This document shows, one piece after another, positions 53,946 through 64,000 of a stretch of 64,000 bases of DNA. The DNA comes from Gracilinanus agilis. Taxonomy: Eukaryota. The stretch's first letter is position 1. The number at the start of each line of letters is the position of its first letter. The stretch covers positions 737,559,980-737,623,979 of the forward strand of contig NC_058130.1 of assembly GCF_016433145.1 (NCBI RefSeq), given 5' to 3'. The notes beneath the pieces were generated by a model. It saw only the letters and a program-made list of their open reading frames with translations, was not told the DNA's origin and ran no database searches. The position numbers were made by a program, and so were the translations under genes.

Positions 53946-54745
53946 TCTTCATAAATGCTTTTTGATGTAACTTGACTTTTCAATTTTGTCATATCACCTC
54001 TACTCTAAGTTGAGCCACCAAGCGACCTGCTGAAAAGTAAAGTAATCAGGTCTTGAATTTGGAGACCTGAGGATGACTTCAGTCTATAATCTTGAATATG
54101 TCCCTTTTCCCTTATAGGACTCAATTTCCTCACCTGTAAAATGAGGGGGGAGGGGGAAGTTAGTCTAGGTGACCTCTAAAATCCCTTCTACCTCAGAAAC
54201 TGCTCTGTAACCCTTAAAATAGAGACAGAAATATCTGTTAGGATGATAATCTTATGAAAGAAGCCCTCATCCATTCCCAAGTGTTCAATGGAATTCAGTG
54301 ACCTGAATGGTGGGAATTTCAGCAAGCATCAGGGAGAGCTGGATGTGAAGAAAAGGAATAAGTTAGAAGAGAATGGCATCAGAGTAATGATGTAGAAAGA
54401 TGAAATCTGGTTTTGCAAGACCCCATTCCTTCCAACTTTAAAAATTTTTTTTTTCCCAGAATGTGGTCCTGGGAAGGTGAAATTTGATGAAGTTGGTGTA
54501 GGTGATGTATGAAAAATAAACTGTCCTACCACCTCCATCCTCTGAGCATGTCCTCCACACTGGAGACCCCAACATGCCCTGCTTTGTCATACTTCGTAAC
54601 GAGAAAGAGCTTTCCTACTCTATAAGTCTGTATATGACATGAATTAAGGAACTTCTAACACTTGTTTGTTCTACTATTAAATTTGGACTTATTTCTGAGA
54701 AGTTAAAAAAATGATTTTTTCATTCCTGGGAGAATTTCTCTACAG

Positions 54746-54945
54746 CAGGAGTTATTAACATGTTTTTGTCACCCTTTAGGCAGCCAACTAAAGACTATGA
54801 ATATGAATCCCTTCTCAAATTTGTCAAGTACATAAAATACAGAGGATTACAAAAGAAACCAACTTGTTGAAATGCAGTTTTCAAAACAAAACAAAACAAA
54901 ACAACAACAACAATAACTTCATAGGCCACAGATTAAGAAGCCCTG
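54746..54945 (+). mobile_element. hAT-Charlie MITE (MER5-like)
   Basis: caggagttattaac...gattaagaagccctg termini. Confidence 0.6.
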
Positions 54946-55339
54946 CCTAAAGAAATTCAAACAGAAAGACTCAGAGTTGAGCAGCAATTTCTTTTCCAGA
55001 AAGACTTCTGATTCTTGGATGGCCTGTAGCAAATTTTTATCAGCCGTAAAATGTTTCACTACCTCTTCCAGTCTGTAAAGTCCACTTTCTCCCTATGACT
55101 GCTAACACACAGATGTCATATGTGAAGGGTGCCTTACAGTTCATAGACTACAACCCTCTTTGTTTGACAAAGAGAAAAGCTGAGGCCTACAGAGTCTCAG
55201 TTGGTCTTTCTACTCTGCCATTTAGTTTCCATGCAACTGCCAAAGCAATGTTCTAAAAGTACAATATGCTGACCATATCACTCCCTGGCTTCATAAATTT
55301 CTTCATCTTTTTAATATTTAAAAACTTTTAATAACAAAT

Positions 55340-58020
55340 TGTATGAAGATGTTGTTTGACTCCTAAGCTAAAATCTTATTCGTGAAATGGGACCCAGAAT
55401 CTAATACAATGTGTAGTGGAATAGAGAATCTGGGTATCAATTCTCTCAGTAAGATTTTCACAACAAATGCTGAGGTGTTACATTTTGCTGGAAAAGCTTC
55501 TGGCCACTTAGTTAATCTATCCACTATCACTAAAGCATATCTGTAACCTTGACTCCTTGTAATTGTGATGTAATCAATTTGTAAGCATTCGAATGGTGTA
55601 TAAGCTAATGGTTTGCCTCTCAGACTGTGGACTTTTGTAATTTTCTGGTTGAATTGCATACAAATTTCTACACCTCTGTGAAACTCTCATAGCAACTTCA
55701 TATATGCCCCTTGCATTCCAATACCTATTTATGGAATCTGGCATGCCCAGATTTCCATAATGCCCTTTCTGGTTAGTGCATTGCAAAAGGTGAAATATAG
55801 GGATTTAGGTAACATAGGTTTTTCCATTTGCCCCCAGCCAAACTCAGTTAGCCAGGTATGCACCGTGATGTTTCTTCCAATTCTTCACTTCCTTTGGGGA
55901 GTATGCGTTTTTGAGATCATCTTCCTCTACCAAAGATAAGTTCAGAATTGTAAGTGATCCATACTTTGCTGCATATTTGGCTGTGATATCTGCACGTTTG
56001 TTCCCTAATTCCATTGGCCCTTGGATTTTGGTATGAGCTTTGCAATGAATGACTGACACTTGGGCTGGTAATTGGATTGCATCCAACAACTGATTGATTA
56101 AATTCCCATATGCTATCTGTTTGCCATTGGATGTAATGAAGCCTCAATTTTTCCAGATTTCAGCAGAATGCACGACTGAGAAAGCATAATGAAAATCGAT
56201 AAAAATGTTTGCTTTGCGATTTTCAGCAAGCTTCAGAGCATGTATCAAACTGACCAATTCTGCTCCTTGAGCACTCGTGGTAGATGGTAATGATGAGTAC
56301 CAAAGGATCTTGGAGGCTGTCACTACGGCTGCTCTGTTATATCTCTGATTGTCTACTATGTATGATGATCCATCTGTGAATAAGGTCATATCGGGGTATT
56401 TCATGGGCTTATCATCTAAATCTGGCCTTGTTTTATGCACAATGTTAAGTGCATCTTCACAGATGTGTAGACTTTTTCCCTCCAGAGGTAAATCTGGGAT
56501 CAGAGTTACAGGATTTAAGTTTCTGCACCAGTGAAAAGTTATATTTTCATTAGCCAACAAGATTGCTTGGTATTGTGATAGTCTTTGGGAGGTGAACACT
56601 TGTAAGGTGGTGTTTCTTAAAGTAGATTCCACTTGGTGTGGGGAAAATACTTTCGGTTAACTCCCTAATACCAAGGATGAAGATTTTCTAATCATGATGG
56701 CTACAGCAGCTATGGCTCTTAAACAAGCCGGCATACCACAGATCACTGAATCTAATTTTGAGTTATAGTAGGCGACTGGTCTTAACCTATTCCCGAATGA
56801 TTGTGTGAGAACACTAGAGGCTATCCGTTTATCTTCATGTACATAAAGTAGGAATGGTTTGTCATGATCAGGGATACCTAGGGCTGGAGCTGATAGAGTA
56901 AGTGATTTTAATTTCTCTATTGCATGGACATGATCTTTAGTCAGCTTTAACGGTTCTGGAACTTCCTTCCTGGTTAGCTCTATCAGAGGTTTTGTGATGA
57001 GAGCATAACCTGGAATCCACTTTCTATAGAAGCTCGTTATTCCTATGATTGCCCTGAGTTACCTCTTGGTCTTAGGCAAACTCAAATTTTGTATATCTTG
57101 TGTTCTCTTTTGGGAAATTCTTCTGGAGCCTTTTTCTAGGATGAATCCTAAATAATTTACTTTCTCCATCACGAATTGAAGTTTTGACTTGGAAATTTTA
57201 TGGCCCCTTTTGCCTAGCTCTTTGATTAAGTGTACACTATCAGTGTAACAGACTTCAGCAGATGATGACATTAGCAGGATATCATCAACATAATGTACCA
57301 TTTTGCTGTTTTGGAAAGTTATTGACTCAAAGTCTCTCTGCAGGATTTGATAGAAGACCGAAGCTGAATCTGAAAAACCTTGTGGCAGATGGGTCTGTTG
57401 GATGGATTTGCCTTCCCATGAGAAAGCGAACAGCTTCTGGCTGTCTCTGTGCAGGGGAACAGAGAAGTATGCAGAGCTCAGGTCCAGAACAGTAAACCAA
57501 GCAGCTTCAGGTGGAATGGCTGCAATGATTTGTGATAGACTTGGTACCACCGCATGGGTCTTTTGCACATGATCGTTTATTGCTCTGAGATCTTGTACTA
57601 AATGCCATTGAGTCTTCCCATCTGGAGATAATTTGGCTTTCTTTACTGGCATGATTGGTGTATTATATTGTGAAAAGCCATATACCCTGCTTTAATAAAC
57701 TCTCTATGATGGGTTTCACTCCCTCTATTGCCTCTTGGCTAAGTCTGAACTGAGGAATTCTTGGAGGTAAACCTTCTTTTACCTCTATCTTTACTGGTTC
57801 CGCTGACAATATCCTGCCCACCTCATTTGAATTTTTAGCCCACACGTAATCTGGAATATCGTCTGAACCTCATAGATGTTATCAGTTGATTGGTATGATG
57901 GTTCCTCAATACATGAGTTTAAAAATAAAATGGGATGGTGTTTTAGAGATATCTTGGGTAGGTATAAATAAATTTGTCCATCCGGTTGACATTGGATGGT
58001 GGCGGCCAATTTGCATAGGA
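55340..58020 (-). pseudogene. pol: ERV pol (RT, tether, RNase H, partial IN), multiply disabled
   Basis: LVQDLRAIN, LDLSSAYFSVPL, LPQGF, YVDD (57281-57292), QIDYI..IVDRLTKWPEAFP; about 10 stops or frameshifts. Confidence 0.95.
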
Positions 58021-58024
58021 GATC

Positions 58025-59437
58025 TCATTCCATGAGGTTTGAAGGACATGATGGCATCAATAGGAAGGTGTTTTCAAGAGTTAGAGGTCCAAATTTTAGC
58101 ATTTTAACTTTTAGCTTCGGGACTTGTTGTGATACCCCAGAAGCTCCTTTTACTCTCAAACTGCCTTGATATTGGCATCCTTCAGGTACCTCGCGTAAAA
58201 CAGAACAAGTTGTACCAGTGTCCAGTAGTCCTTCATAGTGTATCCCAAAGATTTCTAGGGTAACTAATGGTTCTCCACTGTCATTGGACTTCACTGGCAC
58301 TAGGGGTAATAAAGAATCCTCAGTATTTTGTGTACACTTATCATTGATCCAGTGTTGCAAATGGTCATTTGTGTCTAAACTCAAACTTCCTATAGCACTA
58401 TTCGGCAAGTTCAGTTTAGAATCAGAAATACAGAAAACAGGCTTAAAGAGCATTCTCTCATTGAGAGCTGGTAAGTCATTGTCATTTGTGCAAATTTCAT
58501 GTTGGCTTTCGCTAAGGGCTGAAGAAATGGAGGTTTGATTTGATTTACCGTCCACTCTGATATTTAAAGAACTGTCATGCTCCAAATCAGTTTTCCCCTC
58601 AGTAGTATCCGGGAATATATGGTAGTTAGATTGTGTTCCCTTCAACACTTCAGGTAGAACTATTGATTCAAAAGCTGACTGATGTTCCCTATTTTGCCCT
58701 GCTGTTTTTGTGACTGAAGTCAGATGATTTTTGTTATCAATCATAGCAACAGTTTCATTGATGTTATGTTTAGCCACACTGGTTACTGGAGAAAACAACT
58801 GCTCCCTTTCCCTTCCCCAAAGTTTTGGTTGAAATTCTGTAGCTAAGAGGTTGAGAAAGGTGGATGTGGAATTTCCTAAACAGCTGCTATCATCCTGCAA
58901 TTCAGTGGGTTGCATCTTTAAAATCAAATCTTTGCCAATGTACTGACTGTTTTGCTCTTTAACCTCAATCTGTGACACTATATCTAAAGTACATGAATGG
59001 GATAGAATTTTGGCATCTAATTCCCTGGAGGTTACTGAAAGTGTTCCTTTCTGGAAACTTTGTAAATCCTTGCCATAATGTTCTTTATCCAAGTTGCCCC
59101 TTTGTTTTATACTTGGAATAAAGAGAGGAATTTGAATTTTTGATGATTCTGAACAAGATCGCAAAATGTCTTGATGTGAGCTTTTGTGATGGCTTGATTG
59201 ATCCTTATGCTTCTCACCCAATGTGTCTGTTATGGAATGGGAAAGCTGATCCCTTATATAATCATCCTCATTATTGCCATAGATTTCTCTGCGCATTTGC
59301 ATCATTTCTTCCCATTGCTGATTATCTACCACAGATCTATGTGTATCTTCTGTGTAGCTTGCTTTAGACACTTGCTCTATTTTGCCCAGATTTCCCATTT
59401 TGCTTTCCTCACTTAGACTACACACTGTTGCGCCCAA
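58025..59437 (-). CDS. ERV ORF: about 380-aa unknown domain plus aspartic protease (ATG at 59398 gives 457 aa)
   Basis: 470 open codons. LLDTGTTCSVL (DTG 58214-58222), flap VKGASG, and CPSNLM then a frameshift before the expected GRD motif. Confidence 0.7.
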   Translation of the reverse strand: MGATVCSLSEESKMGNLGKIEQVSKASYTEDTHRSVVDNQQWEEMMQMRREIYGNNEDDYIRDQLSHSITDTLGEKHKDQSSHHKSSHQDILRSCSESSKIQIPLFIPSIKQRGNLDKEHYGKDLQSFQKGTLSVTSRELDAKILSHSCTLDIVSQIEVKEQNSQYIGKDLILKMQPTELQDDSSCLGNSTSTFLNLLATEFQPKLWGREREQLFSPVTSVAKHNINETVAMIDNKNHLTSVTKTAGQNREHQSAFESIVLPEVLKGTQSNYHIFPDTTEGKTDLEHDSSLNIRVDGKSNQTSISSALSESQHEICTNDNDLPALNERMLFKPVFCISDSKLNLPNSAIGSLSLDTNDHLQHWINDKCTQNTEDSLLPLVPVKSNDSGEPLVTLEIFGIHYEGLLDTGTTCSVLREVPEGCQYQGSLRVKGASGVSQQVPKLKVKMLKFGPLTLENTFLLMPSCPSNLME

Positions 59438-59443
59438 ATTACA

Positions 59444-60856
59444 CTAATTAGAAGTTTTTAAATTAGGAATTTCGATTCATAATGATTTAGGCTTTGTTCC
59501 CATCTGAATATATCTTTCCATATCATCTAATGAAGGGGATTGGCTATATTTTTTACATGCATGGTTACAGCACACACCATCATGTTTGTTATCATAATTT
59601 CTTTTTGTGTCATTATTATTCTTGGACCATTTAGAATTATAGTAGGTCTTTCTATTGCCTCTGTCTCTTTGATTTTGGGTATCATTTTTGGAAAAATCTA
59701 TTTGTTGTTTAAATCTACAAAATTGAATAATGTGACCATAAGGTCCACATAGGTAACAACAAGGGGACGATTATTTTGTTTTTTGGGTGTTGCTTGTAGG
59801 TTGCCTATATTGATTTTGGCTCCTACTGGTTTGGAGGGCAAAAATTTTCACCTCCTCGATTTCTTTCTCATGCTTTGCCTGTTTTAATTGATCATTTTAG
59901 ATCAGCTATCACTTCATCCTTATCAGATTCAGTTTGTCTAGCTAATCTTGCCTCTTTTTGTTTCGAGTCATGAATGTAAGCTGCATGTTGCCTTACATCC
60001 TCCAGGGGCAATGATTCCCACTGTGGACAACTCTGCCTAAAGTAATTTTGTATTGGGATCAAGGTTCCCTTCACAAACTGTCTACGTATGTGTTCAATGG
60101 TATCCTGGACATGTGTATCTCTCAGACCAAGAATTGTCTCTGCTGCTTTGATTACCCTATCAAGAAAGCTACTTGGGTGTTCTTCCTCCCCTTGTTTTAG
60201 CTTTTCAAATTTCTGCCACGAGTTTGGTCTTTTAGCATGAATCCTCATTGCCTCAATCAAGTCTGTCCTGCACGTCATTAGGTATCTCATGTTGGCATGC
60301 TGGGTGAAATCTAAGTCTTGATGAACCAGTGGCCATGATTTCAAATTTGGATTCTTCCTTGTTTCGTTGAGGAATTTTTCCTTTTCTGAGGAAGAGTAAA
60401 ATTCCCCTAAAAAAAATTCAACATCAGCAAAATTAGGATTGAACAATATGAACACCCTTTTGAGTTCCTTGATGCTTTTGAAAGGTTTCTCGAAGAACTT
60501 GGGAAAGCATTTTTTTAAGACCTCCATATCACTTGGGGTGAATGCCTTGTATGTCTTTACATGCACCACCCCCTCCCCAGTTGTACAATGGTCCTGTCCA
60601 CAATTGGTAACACAGAGTCTACAGCATTTGTGATTGGTTGTTCTTCAGTGGTGTTATTACTTCCTAAATACTTTGATTCCACAATCTCCAGTTGGAGGAT
60701 TGTGTGCTTATCTAATTCCTTTCCCTCTCTTATTTGCTTTAATACTTGGAACAGTAGCTTGATGTTCTTTACTAGACACCCAGAGTCAGCATCATTTTTA
60801 GTAGGAGTTGTCTTAAAGTATTGCCACAGATGAGTCAAAACTATCTTAGAAATCAC
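59444..60856 (-). pseudogene. gag: ERV gag (CA with MHR, NC zinc knuckle), disabled
   Basis: CA ORF 59892-60569; CYLCGPYGHIIQFC at 59717-59758; frameshifts near 60570 and 59890; in-frame TAG at 59444-59446. Confidence 0.9.
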
Positions 60857-61076
60857 TAGGAATTGCCAGAGATAGGATTATGGCAATAGCAGTAGGGATG
60901 AAACATATGCATTCAGCAAGGGTTAGGGCACACCATTTGTAGTAGTCATATATTTCAAGAATTTGCTGCACTAAACTAGGGACTTTCACGAACCAGAAGT
61001 TGATAAGACCTTGCATGAAAGACCAAGCTATTATAGAGACACTGGATAGAATGAATGTAATCCTAGCCAGATTCAT
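60846..61076 (-). CDS. Hydrophobic 76-aa pre-gag ORF (or frameshifted Gag N-terminus)
   Basis: First ATG after the PBS; two hydrophobic segments (ITFILSSVSIIAWSFM.. and ICFIPTAIAIILSLAIP). Confidence 0.4.
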   Translation of the reverse strand: MNLARITFILSSVSIIAWSFMQGLINFWFVKVPSLVQQILEIYDYYKWCALTLAECICFIPTAIAIILSLAIPSDF

Positions 61077-61106
61077 CTTGGGTGTTTCAGAAGATTTGCA
61101 GGTATT

Positions 61107-61124
61107 CACTAACTTTGCTCACCA
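61107..61124 (-). other. Putative primer binding site
   Basis: TGGTGAGCAAAGTTAGTG, 3 nt after the LTR-terminal CA; tRNA not identified. Confidence 0.5.
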
Positions 61125-61127
61125 AGT

Positions 61128-62242
61128 TGTAATAAGGGAATAAAGCAAGTGGATGGGGTTTGTGGGTCCCTAGGTCAGTAGGTGGGAAAGGAGGGTGCAA
61201 TAGTGGAGGTAGTAGATTGAGGTGGTAGGAGAGATGTAAGGGAATGGCTGTGTTTAGGGAAATATAGAACAATGAAGTATAATGAGCGACAAGGGGAGAT
61301 GATGAGGTAATTGGGCAGGCAGCTGCAACAGGGAGACATAGACTGGGTACACAGGCTTGAGATAGAGGACACTGAAGGGAAACAGGCTGAACCTTTCCAG
61401 GTAGGAAGGGCACTTCTACAGACAAAAGGTTAGGTCCAGCCAGAAATGGTTTGAAACTAACTAGAGGGCTGTCTAGTCAGTTTCTCAAGTTCTCAAAGAA
61501 AGAGTCCTAAGGCTCTTCCCTGTCTGTGAAATAGAAGAGCTTCTCAGAGGAAGTATAGAGATCACCACTTCCTCCAAGATAGATGCCTCCATATCCCCTC
61601 AGGAACCAAAGAGAAACAATTCCTTTCTCTCCTTAACACTCTTTTATTGTTCAACCAATGATTTAGCAAAAAGTTTGATTAAATAACAACAGGGTTTATT
61701 AAGTTTCAGGGTTGATTATAAAGGACAGAGGGATACAAGATTTCTCTAACAACCGCCTAGGGAGAAGCTCCAGGTGGGGGAGGGACACAGAAATGGCATG
61801 GACTGAGAAAGAGCTTGCTCTCACTCAGCACCCAGAGGCTTTGTTGCCTTTAAGGTTAGGGAAGTAATAAACAATGAATCAGGAGATAGTTTGTATCAAG
61901 GGTAAGCCCTACTTGTCTATGGGGAAAACTAAGTCTTCCAAGTTTGATTGCTACCACCCAAAATACACCCTTCTCCCAAAACCCACAGGAAATCAGGAAA
62001 GGAAATGGGGAATGAAATAGGGAAGGTCAGGGAGATCCAGAGGAATTAGCTAAGCTACAAAATCTCAAGAGAAAAGCACAGATTCAAGGCCAGGTTTAAA
62101 CCCGAAGGCCGAGCTCAGTTGCCCCCTCCACTCTGTCCAAGCCTCAAGGATCAACTCCCCTTAGTCAGGGTTCTAAGCCCTCTTAACTTCCAGAAATTCT
62201 GCAGTTAGCATTTTGCAGGGTTGATTGCACCTCTGCACTACA
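61128..62242 (-). mobile_element. ERV 5' LTR (about 1115 bp)
   Basis: TGTA...TACA termini; AATAAA at about 61643 and about 61695; followed by a PBS-like TGG. Confidence 0.8.
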
Positions 62243-62730
62243 GTAGCAAGTTTCTTTGATGAAGGTCTTACTTCTAAAATTTATTCACATTTATAATAAG
62301 AGCCATTCTCCAACTGATAAATATCCCAAGGGATATCAATAGCCATTTTTCAGAGGAAGAAATCTAAGCTACCAATAGCCATATGAAAAAAAAATCTTCT
62401 AAATCAAGAATCATTAGAGAAATACAAATTAAAACATCTTTGATGTTATATCTCATACCATTAAATTGGCAAGGTTGACTAAAAAAAAAAAAAGGAAATG
62501 ACAAATGCTGGAAGAATTGTTGGAAAATGGACACTTTAATGCCCTGTTGGTAGAACAAAGAACTGGGAACTGGTCCAGCCATTCTGGAAAGCAATTTAAA
62601 ACTATGGCCCAAAAGCTATTAGACTATGTATACGAGTTAATACAGTGATACTGCTACTAGGTCTATACCCCAAAGAGGATGAGAATGAGGAATGAGGAAA
62701 TGGAGAATGAGGAAAAGGACCCATATGTAG
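62243..62730 (+). mobile_element. L1 ORF2 3' fragment abutting the LTR
   Basis: gcaagtttctttgatgaagg..atcattagagaaatacaaattaaaaca..caaatgctgg. Confidence 0.8.
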
Positions 62731-63344
62731 GAGTTCTCTTTTTTATATTATTATCTGAAGTGTTCTATTCATTATAGAATAGAAAAAGTACATATTCTGA
62801 TTTTACTAATATGGCAAATTCTGAAATAAGGAAACCCTCTACTAATGGAGATCAGAAACTCCTCTGCAACATAAAGTCTTAAGTGCCGATAGTAATGAGA
62901 GATTAAGTGACTTTCCCATGGTCACATAGCCAGCATGTGTCAGAATAATGTCCCCAGCACACTTTTCCCAGGTCATAATTTCTTTCTTAGACTGCTTATT
63001 CCTCCTTTCTACTGTCTTTTTGTAAGCAAGTGGAATTTATTTTACATAAATTCCCTGAAAATATGAACTTTATTTTATCTGTAAAAATTTCAGACACCAT
63101 ATACTCAACTAATATTTCACAAAGTACATGTGCATTCTAATACCCATCATAAAATGTATCTATTTACATAGATCTGTGAACATAAATCAAATATAGTCTC
63201 ACTTTTATGAGAAGGAAACAATTAGAGAACATAAATATTTTCTTTACTAATTTTGCCTAACTTTCAATGATAGGATATAATTTTCAGTGTATTTAGGCAC
63301 ACAAATATACCTAGTGAACTAAAATCTGAGTGTCATAAATGTTT

Positions 63345-64000
63345 ATCATTTCTTTTTTTAAATTTTTTTATTTTTTAGAAAAATTTTCCATGGTTACATG
63401 ATTCATGTTCTTACTTTCCCCTTCACCCCCACCCAGACCCACCCCGCCCCCCCATAGCCAACACACATCTCCACTGGTTTTAACATGTGTCATCTATCAA
63501 GACCTATTTCTATATTATTGATAGTTGCACTGGTGTGGTCGTTTTGAGTTTACGTCCCCAATCATGTCTGCATCAACCCATGTGTTCAAGCAGTTGTTTT
63601 TCTTCTGTTTCCTCTCCAGTAGTTCTTCCTCTGAATGTGGGTAGCCATCTTTTTCCATAAATCCGTCAGAATTGTCCTGGGTCATTGCACTGCTGCTAGT
63701 ATAGAAGTCTATTACATTCGATTTTACCACAGTGTATCTGTCTCTGTGTACAATGTTCTTCTGGCTCTGCTCGTTTCACTCTGCATCAATTCCTGGAGGT
63801 TGTTCCAATACACATGGAATTCCTCCAGTTTATTATTCCTTTGAGCACAATAGTATTCCATCATCACCTTATACCACAATTTGTTCAGCCATTCCCCAAT
63901 TGAAGGGCGTACCCTCAGAGTTGTTTTGATTTGCATTTCTCTAATTATTAGAGATTTAGAACACTTTCTCATGTGTTTATTGATAGTTTTGATTTCTTTA
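63345..64000 (-). mobile_element. Young L1 3' end (ORF2 C-terminus, 3'UTR, poly A)
   Basis: SKSLIIREMQIKTTLR, IGEWLNKLW, ELMQSETSRARRTLY; G-rich 3'UTR; T-rich tail at 63351-63376. Confidence 0.92.

Larger units (their letters stand above)
55340..62242 (-). mobile_element. Class I (gamma/epsilon-like) endogenous retrovirus: 5'LTR-gag-pro-pol, truncated inside integrase
   Basis: LTR, MHR-like QGEEEHPSSFLDRV, CCHC knuckle, DTG protease, YVDD RT, RNase H FTDGSS..AQGAEL and IN core, in the correct order. Confidence 0.95.

Noticed and set aside
51700-55340. ERV env or 3' LTR
   Set aside because: Only SINE, MIR, L1, L2 and MITE sequence is present; no match to the 61128-62242 LTR and no env motifs.
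59453-59464. T TTA AAA slippery heptamer as a gag-pro -1 frameshift site
   Set aside because: The downstream protease ORF is in the same frame as the NC knuckle, so a -1 shift is not needed; read-through or independent initiation fits better.
62676-62716. Short gagaatgagga-type tandem repeat
   Set aside because: Small local slippage inside an L1 fragment; no spacers or CRISPR-like structure.

Overview
Vertebrate genomic DNA from a marsupial, most likely a didelphid opossum. This is inferred from the SINE1_Mdo-like, MAR1 and RTE repeat content. The window is syntenic with the human CD320-NDUFA7-RPS28-KANK3 block. Four protein-coding genes can be assembled exon by exon with GT-AG junctions and consistent phases: CD320 (minus), NDUFA7 (minus, 115 aa), RPS28 (plus, 69 aa, head-to-head with NDUFA7) and KANK3 (minus, about 831 aa). 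The rest is repeat-rich (SINEs, MIR, L2, CR1/L3, L1, RTE, hAT MITEs, a solo LTR). A 3'-truncated class I endogenous retrovirus lies at about 55.3-62.2 kb on the minus strand. The main observations are: (1) the ERV has a roughly 380-codon unexplained domain fused upstream of its protease, in a 470-codon ORF that is intact while gag and pol around it are broken, plus a hydrophobic pre-gag ORF; (2) CD320 has three colinear 117-nt stalk exons, one with a shifted donor predicting a transmembrane-less isoform, and a near-canonical third LDLa module; (3) a 30-bp perfect RNA hairpin sits in the RPS28 3'UTR intron; (4) a solo LTR in KANK3 intron 1 carries a sense splice donor. Coordinates were counted by hand, and repeat boundaries and family names are approximate. 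No database searches were run.
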